DNA of 64,000 nt from Leptospiraceae bacterium (GTDB taxonomy: Bacteria > Spirochaetota > Leptospiria > Leptospirales > Leptonemataceae): NCBI GenBank assembly GCA_040217195.1, contig JAVJNR010000003.1, forward strand, positions 96,001-160,000. Reading direction: 5' to 3'. The position numbers were made by a program, and so were the translations under genes. This document shows, in pieces, positions 57,932 to 64,000 of this stretch. Position 1 is the stretch's first letter. Every line of letters begins with the position of its first letter. The notes under the pieces are model-generated. The model saw only the letters and a list, made by a program, of their open reading frames with translations. It ran no database searches and was not told the origin of the DNA.

Positions 57932-59190
57932 GCGCCTGCCCTCTGCCTGAATTTATTAAGTCTGGAGAATATTACACTTACGGCCCTGTACAGTGTTTCC
58001 GGTATCTCCTGACCGATTTCCACATCTCTGTACAATGTTCTTGCCAGCAGTGGATTCTCTTCGATGGGAATACTGTTTTCCTGAGCTACCTTGCGAATGC
58101 TGAAAGCAAGCTGATCGGTTCCCTTGGCGATTACCATGGGCGCTGTGGATTCCAGCTGATCGTATCTTAATGCAACTGCGTAGTGGGTTGGATTTGTAAT
58201 TACTACGTCCGCCTGAGGCACTTCGCCCAGCATGTTTTTTTGCTGCCTCATTTCATAGGCACGCTCTCTCTGCCTCTGCTTTAGCAGCGGATCCCCTTCT
58301 TCATCTTTTCGTTCTCTTTTTGCCTCGGCCGTGGTAACCTTTAAGTTTTCAATGTATTCGAACTTCTGGTAGAAAAAATCTGGTATGCTGATGGCCAGCA
58401 GCAGTACACCACACAATAATAGAAGTTTCAAAGCCACGGTGGCAAAAATGCTTACTGCCTGCGTAAGTCCCATACCCGAGGCTTTGAGCATGGGTATGAA
58501 GTCATCCACGATCACCAGATAGGCTGCACCGGCGATGATCAGCATTTGAACGATTACCTTTAGCAGGTTGACCAGGTTTCTACGAACTGGAAGCACTCTC
58601 TTGAAGTCAGGTTTCATTCGCTCGAAACGAAACTGCAGCGTTTGCAGAGAAAACATCAGGCCTACCTGGACAACATTTCCCAGCACTCCCATGACAATCG
58701 TTACTAGAAGGATGGGCAATAGTATCATGCCTGTCTGATAGAATAGATCCTTCATCAGAACCTGTAGATCTTCGATTCCAAACACTCCCTGCTGGGTTGC
58801 AATTAGTCCAAAATAGCGACTGAACATCTCGCCTATTCTCTGCACCATGTAAGTGCCAAATAAGAATAGCATTAGCACGCCACCGATCAAAATGGCAGAA
58901 CCAGCCATATCCTGGCTTTTGGGAACATTGCCCTTGTCCCGCTCTTCCCTTTTACGGCGTTCGCTGGGCTCTTCGGTACGGCCCTCGTCCTCTGCTGCGA
59001 AGAGCTGTAGATCCAGCCAATCCGAAGAGACAGGCCTGGTAAGAATCTCAAGCGTAGAAATGCCTGCTATAGAGGACTTAAGCTGATCCACTCCTATTTC
59101 CGGTTTGCCCTCGTAGATGACCGGCCCTGCGCACAGAAATGGCCGGCGATTGAACCGGCCAATCCAATGGTTCCAGACTTTAACCAGCAT
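57928..59190 (-). CDS. flhB: Flagellar export switch protein FlhB
   Basis: LQLFAAEDEGRTEEP and NPTH autocleavage motif; start moved to ATG 59190. Confidence 0.95.
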   Translation of the reverse strand: MLVKVWNHWIGRFNRRPFLCAGPVIYEGKPEIGVDQLKSSIAGISTLEILTRPVSSDWLDLQLFAAEDEGRTEEPSERRKREERDKGNVPKSQDMAGSAILIGGVLMLFLFGTYMVQRIGEMFSRYFGLIATQQGVFGIEDLQVLMKDLFYQTGMILLPILLVTIVMGVLGNVVQVGLMFSLQTLQFRFERMKPDFKRVLPVRRNLVNLLKVIVQMLIIAGAAYLVIVDDFIPMLKASGMGLTQAVSIFATVALKLLLLCGVLLLAISIPDFFYQKFEYIENLKVTTAEAKRERKDEEGDPLLKQRQRERAYEMRQQKNMLGEVPQADVVITNPTHYAVALRYDQLESTAPMVIAKGTDQLAFSIRKVAQENSIPIEENPLLARTLYRDVEIGQEIPETLYRAVSVIFSRLNKFRQRAGA

Positions 59191-60013
59191 TGGAGCCCCC
59201 GGGACGAGCTTTGGGCCAGGTGTCGAACATTTCTCCCATGACGTCATACATGGATGCAAAAGAGTCTCTCATCAAAGGAACAATGACCGGCAATACAGTA
59301 ATCATTACCAGAAGCCCTACCATGATATTGATCTGAATACCCATGTTCATAAGATTCAATTGAGGGGCCGCTCTACCCATGATGCCCAGCATAACCGAGC
59401 TAATGAAGAGTATACCCATCATGGGAATGCCAATGCGAAGCGCTGTTAGAAACATCACTCCGAAGGACTCATCCATGTAGTTCAGTAGTCCTCCACTGGT
59501 TTGTCCGTCGATGATGATAGTGGGCACAGCTACAAAGGAATAAGCCACGGCTCGAACCAGATGCAAATAAGCAGGAGCATAGACACCATCTATCTCGAAA
59601 GGTACAGCCAGAAATAATAACGTGCCAATCAAGTTCTTCAGTGTGCCCATCACTGGAATGGAGACCTGGGCCTGGGGGTCCAGGACCTCGGAGAATGAAA
59701 TACCCATTTGTAATGAGAAGAATTCCCCCGCCAGCTGGAAGGCCGCGAACAGAAGCTGGATCATGAATCCCATAATCGTTCCCATGAACACCTGGGACAG
59801 AATCTCCAGAATGAATGGTCCCATGGTCGCAGGAGGAGTGTTTAAATGGTTTGCTACGATCGGATAAAGAACAAAGGAAAGCATAAGTGCTATAACCATT
59901 TGCGCTCTGTAGCCTACAGCCTGGGAATTGAAAATAGGAGTAGTAAAGATTAAGCCGGCCACACGAGCAACGATCAATACGTAGTATAGCAGTCCTGTGG
60001 ACAGAGCTTCCAT
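59180..60013 (-). CDS. fliR: Flagellar export protein FliR
   Basis: AG...S.QMG.SF..VLDP, RAAPQLN; operon position. Confidence 0.94.
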   Translation of the reverse strand: MEALSTGLLYYVLIVARVAGLIFTTPIFNSQAVGYRAQMVIALMLSFVLYPIVANHLNTPPATMGPFILEILSQVFMGTIMGFMIQLLFAAFQLAGEFFSLQMGISFSEVLDPQAQVSIPVMGTLKNLIGTLLFLAVPFEIDGVYAPAYLHLVRAVAYSFVAVPTIIIDGQTSGGLLNYMDESFGVMFLTALRIGIPMMGILFISSVMLGIMGRAAPQLNLMNMGIQINIMVGLLVMITVLPVIVPLMRDSFASMYDVMGEMFDTWPKARPGGSNAG

Positions 60014-60098
60014 CTGTAATTTTGTTTCTCCCCGGGTCTGTATTACAGGCCCCTGATAATCTCTTCCCGGTTCCTGCCCGGGCTCTATCCGCTTTTCT

Positions 60099-60362
60099 TT
60101 AGAATCTGCGAATCAGTTCAAATACGCCGACTGTATAGTCCACGGTGGTATGGATGATGTACGCTGAGAAAACCATGATGGCCAGAAAAACAGCTATTAG
60201 CTTGGGAACAAACGTAAGGGTCTGCTCCTGAATGGAAGTGGTGGTTTGAAGAATGGAAATCACCAGTCCTGTAATCATACTCAGGATCAGCATAGGTCCG
60301 GCTGCCTTCATGACCACAATCAGCGCATCGTGTATTAATTTTATTGCATCGGTTTCAAGCAT
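60099..60362 (-). CDS. fliQ: Flagellar export protein FliQ
   Basis: GLVISILQTTTSIQEQTLTFVPK. Confidence 0.96.
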   Translation of the reverse strand: MLETDAIKLIHDALIVVMKAAGPMLILSMITGLVISILQTTTSIQEQTLTFVPKLIAVFLAIMVFSAYIIHTTVDYTVGVFELIRRF

Positions 60363-60381
60363 AGTTTACTCCATTGCTCCA

Positions 60382-61161
60382 TCAGGCCGAATAAGAAAGT
60401 ACCAGGTTATAGGTGATCAGATGCCATCCATCCACCAGAATGAACAATATGATCTTGAAAGGTAAGGAGATCATAGCCGGTGGTAGCATGATCATACCCA
60501 TGGACATTAGTGTTGATGCTACTACCAGATCGATTACGATAAATGGCACAAAGATCACGATTCCAATAATGAATGCTTTTTTGATCTCGGATAACATGAA
60601 TGCAGGAATCAGGATGTAGGTATCAATATCATCTACGCTCTTAATCGCATTTCTGTCCTTTCCTGACATCTCAACGAATAGAGCAATTTCGCTGGCACCA
60701 TCCTTACCTATTTGCTGAATCATGAATTTGCGAAACGGTTTAACGCCTTCCTGTACAAAGTCAGTAGTGCTCATGTTTTCACCGCTTAGATAGGGATTCA
60801 AAGCTACCTTGTTAAACTCCTGAATGGTAGGAGCCATGATGAAAATAGTTAGAAAGATGGCCAGGCCAAACAGGACCTGGTTTGGAGGCATGTTCTGAAG
60901 CGATAGGGCTCTTCGCACAAAGTCGAATACAATAACTACCTTGGTGAAACTGGTCATCATCATTATGATGGCCGGCGCCAGACTCAGAAAGGTGACCAGC
61001 ATGATCAACATCAGAGATGTGGATGCTTCCTGTCCGTTTCGGGCGGAGCGAATTCCGTCGATAACCGGTAATGAGATATCGGGAATGGCCTGGGCAAACA
61101 ATGACCCGGGTAGAAGCAGAAAGACTGCCAGTATTATGTATTTATAACTGCGGCGCCGCAT
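60382..61161 (-). CDS. fliP: Flagellar export protein FliP
   Basis: [33 protein letters not shown]. Confidence 0.96.
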   Translation of the reverse strand: MRRRSYKYIILAVFLLLPGSLFAQAIPDISLPVIDGIRSARNGQEASTSLMLIMLVTFLSLAPAIIMMMTSFTKVVIVFDFVRRALSLQNMPPNQVLFGLAIFLTIFIMAPTIQEFNKVALNPYLSGENMSTTDFVQEGVKPFRKFMIQQIGKDGASEIALFVEMSGKDRNAIKSVDDIDTYILIPAFMLSEIKKAFIIGIVIFVPFIVIDLVVASTLMSMGMIMLPPAMISLPFKIILFILVDGWHLITYNLVLSYSA

Positions 61162-61368
61162 ACGTTACCCCTGTGGCAGGGGTGTAGCACGGGCCATCCC
61201 ACGTACAAGCAAAAAAAATTATGTCGCTTATTTATTAGGTGCCGATACTGGCCTCCGGATTCGCAGTGCATTCAGCCCGGTTTTTTAGCCAGGTTTCCGT
61301 AACCAGAGCTGCCGATGCTGATATTTTCAGATCCGCGCCGCAATACCAGAAAGGGCCTACCGGAACCA

Positions 61369-62301
61369 TCAGGTTCCGTCTTCAACAGGCCTGGGTTTGC
61401 TCACTGCCCTCAGACGTCGATTTTGCTGATGAAGAAGTTCTTCCAGATCTTCCATGGGCACATCGTCATCCGGGGCCCGGCCTTTCAAAATGGCCTGAAA
61501 ATCAGAACGACCGGTCCGATTCCCCTGTCCTTCCGATCTGGACTTCCACAACCTGAAATCTGTGCTTTTAAGCAGCCCCTGCAATCCATGAAGGAAGTTC
61601 TCTGCAGGTTCTGGCTTATTCTCTTCCCAGAGTCGAATTCGATCCGCCACTGTGGCATCGTCTATGCTCTGTAGCAATCGCACTCCATTATCGCTCACTC
61701 CAAGCACCATGAGCTGACCGGCCATATCCACAACCTGCATATACTTACCCGGCATGAGACTGATGGAGGCCACTACCCTCAACGGACCGCCCGAGCTACT
61801 GGAAACAATGCCAGATTTCTTTTTCATAAAGCGGACCAGGCCATAGAAGCCGCCGGCCATAAGCCCCATAAACAGTACAAACCGGATAAACAAAGAAAAG
61901 AAAGATGGCCCTTCCTCCTGGGAAAACATTCGAGACGCAGTGGGGCTTTCACCCGGTTCAGAATTGGCTGATGGCTGATTCTGCTCAGCCGCTGGCTCGG
62001 ACTCTGATCCTGGATTGGAAAAACTACGCCCCTCGGGACGCTTCTGTCCACGAATGCTATCCATCCAGGCCCGATCAATGTCCTCCATGCCAGCCGGCTT
62101 TCCGGAGTTTTCTTCCGAAGCAGAATCTTCAGATTTCCCGGGTTGCTGGGATTCAGGGCTCTTCTGCTCCTTTTTATCACCGGAATTGGGCTTTTCCTTC
62201 TCCGCGTACGCTGGACCGGCAGCGAGGATTAGAATGAATAATGTAGCAATAGCTGGCAAGGCGGCCGGAGATGGGCCCCACCGTTTTGGATTATGTCGCA
62301 T
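61369..62301 (-). CDS. fliO: Flagellar export chaperone FliO with a long N-terminal extension
   Basis: Signal peptide (AYA), polar linker, TM, then L.PGK.MQVV......VLGVSD FliO core; upstream of fliP. Confidence 0.85.
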   Translation of the reverse strand: MRHNPKRWGPSPAALPAIATLFILILAAGPAYAEKEKPNSGDKKEQKSPESQQPGKSEDSASEENSGKPAGMEDIDRAWMDSIRGQKRPEGRSFSNPGSESEPAAEQNQPSANSEPGESPTASRMFSQEEGPSFFSLFIRFVLFMGLMAGGFYGLVRFMKKKSGIVSSSSGGPLRVVASISLMPGKYMQVVDMAGQLMVLGVSDNGVRLLQSIDDATVADRIRLWEENKPEPAENFLHGLQGLLKSTDFRLWKSRSEGQGNRTGRSDFQAILKGRAPDDDVPMEDLEELLHQQNRRLRAVSKPRPVEDGT

Positions 62302-62412
62302 TATAGTGGAAACATGTCGGTCATTTTGATCGTGGCAATCCTTTTTTCATTGCAGGGATTGGGCCCCACATACATGACATGCCTTCGAAATGAGTTACGG
62401 CAGGAGGAAACA

Positions 62413-62796
62413 ATGCCAATCAAAGCGCTTCGAATCATCACCGGTTTATTTTTTCTGGTTCTGGGAGTACTGGGAGTTCTACCTTCCATAGAAGAAGGAA
62501 TCTTCAGTCTGAATAACAACAATATCCTTCTTGAGCAACTTTTCGGAGTAATCGAGATTATTTGCGGTATCATCCTGCTGGCTGCACTGTTTACCCATGC
62601 AAGTCGCAAGACCCTTTACCGGGCCGCAATTGTGGTATTTATATTCTGGGTAATTCGAATTGTGCTGGCGAATTTCATTTTCAGCGCTCCCACCGTGGCC
62701 CTGGCTAGCGGCGCTTTCTGGGTCTGGTTGCTGCAACTACTGGCTCAGATTCAAATTGCAGTTAGTGTCTGGGTTCTGAGCAAAGCCTACGATTAA
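62413..62796 (+). CDS. Four-TM hypothetical membrane protein
   Basis: Strong AGGAGG RBS before ATG 62413; four hydrophobic helices. Confidence 0.75.
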   Translation: MPIKALRIITGLFFLVLGVLGVLPSIEEGIFSLNNNNILLEQLFGVIEIICGIILLAALFTHASRKTLYRAAIVVFIFWVIRIVLANFIFSAPTVALASGAFWVWLLQLLAQIQIAVSVWVLSKAYD

Positions 62797-62823
62797 CTGA
62801 AATGAAACTGAATCTGCAATACG

Positions 62824-62849
62824 TGTCCTGGTGGGTTGCTGCCAGGACA
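62824..62849. terminator. Hairpin between convergent genes
   Basis: TGTCCTGG-N10-CCAGGACA. Confidence 0.45.
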
Positions 62850-62858
62850 TTTCAGACG

Positions 62859-63665
62859 CTACAAAAACCAGAATCGCTGGCCAGACTGGAATCGAGCCAC
62901 ACCATCTTTCATACTTTCGCTTTCAATTACCGGATAAGTGTTGGCTGCCTCTCGTTGTAGAGCCTGCTCCAGAGGAAGATGTAACCCTTCAATGGCCGAG
63001 GCAAGATCCGCCCTGAGTGCATCCACAGGCTGCTGAAGAATCTGCTCCGCCATCCTAAAGGCTCTTTTCAGTCCCTTGCCTTTCTCTGTAACCTCCCACA
63101 CCAGGCCGATTTCCCGTGCTCTGGAGGCTCGAATCCTTTGACCGGTAATAATCAGAGGCAAAGCGTTTCCAGTTCCCAATAACCGTGGCAGATATACGCT
63201 ACCTCCATCGATTAATGGAACGCCCCAGCGGCGGCAGGCAACAGAGAAAAGAGCCTGCTTCTCTGCTATGCGAATGTGCCCGTGGGCAAATAGTTCCAGA
63301 CCTCCGGCATAGGTATAACCCTGACTCACAGTGATCACAGGTTTCTTTTGAACTATCCTGGAACCACCCAGGGGACCCGGATCCTTGACCGGATACTCCG
63401 CCCGCTCTTTCTCCCCTGCATTTAGATCTACCAGAGATTCCAGGGCCGTCAGATCGGCCCCGGCGCAAAAGGATTTATCTCCTGCACCATGTAAGATACA
63501 GACTCCCAGAGAATCGTTGTCTCTAAACTCCTGCCATGCTTCCAGGAACAATGCTGCCATGGGACCATTCACAGCGTTATGCATTTCAGGACGATTCATC
63601 ATGATCTCGAAGATCTTTCCATGACCTCCAACTTCATGAGTTTTTGTAATAAGCTCTGACATCAA
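62859..63665 (-). CDS. Enoyl-CoA hydratase/isomerase (crotonase) family protein
   Basis: FCAGADL, KPVI, AGGLE, RRWGVPLIDGG. Confidence 0.93.
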   Translation of the reverse strand: MMSELITKTHEVGGHGKIFEIMMNRPEMHNAVNGPMAALFLEAWQEFRDNDSLGVCILHGAGDKSFCAGADLTALESLVDLNAGEKERAEYPVKDPGPLGGSRIVQKKPVITVSQGYTYAGGLELFAHGHIRIAEKQALFSVACRRWGVPLIDGGSVYLPRLLGTGNALPLIITGQRIRASRAREIGLVWEVTEKGKGLKRAFRMAEQILQQPVDALRADLASAIEGLHLPLEQALQREAANTYPVIESESMKDGVARFQSGQRFWFL

Positions 63666-64000
63666 AATCTCCAGCTGTAGCCCAGACCGGCGCTTCCATA
63701 CTCCGCTGTGGAAAGACCAGCAGAATGACCCGGTGGGATAGCAATGGAAGGCCCGAGCCAGATCGGATGCAGGAATTCTTGCTGTTTTATCTTTGACTCC
63801 TTCCTTCGAAGGTGTTGTGGAATCATAAAGGACAGTTCATTTTCCTTTTTCCAATCCATCCAGTTTTCGTAGTCATACCAGGATATTAATCCGGAAAACA
63901 GAATGGATAATCCTGCCAGGGCTGCTGTTTGAGGACCGGTAAATCTATTCGATTCACCCGAAGACTGCTTGGCCAGACTCATGGCTCCGTAAGAAAAGCC
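63662..64000 (-). CDS. Hypothetical protein, probably 5'-truncated by the window edge
   Basis: Frame stays open from 64000 through the listed ORF; stop overlaps the crotonase start; C-terminal GLGYSWRF. Confidence 0.5.
   Translation of the reverse strand, partial: GFSYGAMSLAKQSSGESNRFTGPQTAALAGLSILFSGLISWYDYENWMDWKKENELSFMIPQHLRRKESKIKQQEFLHPIWLGPSIAIPPGHSAGLSTAEYGSAGLGYSWRF

Noticed and set aside
58990..59259. Long FlhB N-terminal extension as a novelty
   Set aside because: Part is ORF over-extension into fliR, and variable leaders before LQLFA are usual in spirochaete FlhB.
61241..61248. GCCGATAC as a sigma-28 -10 element
   Set aside because: No matching -35 at 15-nt spacing, and it points antisense to the flagellar genes.
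1..64000. Prophage, IS elements, defence islands, tRNA or rRNA genes
   Set aside because: No integrase, transposase, phage or defence motifs recognised, and no RNA-gene signatures seen by eye; a tRNAscan or Infernal run would be needed to exclude them fully.

Overview
A gene-dense chromosomal window from a spirochaete, most likely a Leptospiraceae member (Leptonema/Leptospira-like). This is inferred from spirochaetal lipoboxes, the FlhB LQLFAAEDEGRTE N-terminus, a long FliO, DUF1566 and 7TM-DISM proteins, and rsmI-flgM synteny. In order it holds: recB (cut by the left edge) and recC; lipid and redox metabolism genes; an outer-membrane porin preceded by two Fur-box-like sites; an orphan LytTR regulator; a D-aminoacylase; gluQ; a 7TM-DISM/PAS/RsbW-type sensor; an adenylate cyclase; a coupled rhodanese lipoprotein plus pentahaem cytochrome c lipoprotein; a SpoIIM-DUF4129-DUF4350-MoxR-DUF58 operon; an M48 protease; a rhomboid lacking catalytic residues; an S1-domain protein; a thiolase-like protein lacking its Cys; two tandem DUF4140/DUF4139 genes; rsmI; sigma28-driven flgM; mrp; a cmoA-like/ICMT-like methyltransferase operon; and fliO-fliP-fliQ-fliR-flhB-flhA joined to LCP-rsfS. 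I saw no rRNA, tRNA, CRISPR array, integrase or transposase. The best candidate for an undescribed system is the exported sulfurtransferase plus five-haem cytochrome pair (25.1-27.7 kb). I also found a 59-aa ORF missing from the ORF track and two exported proteins with RK-type Tat-like lipoprotein signals. Family calls come from motif recognition by eye; no database search was run.
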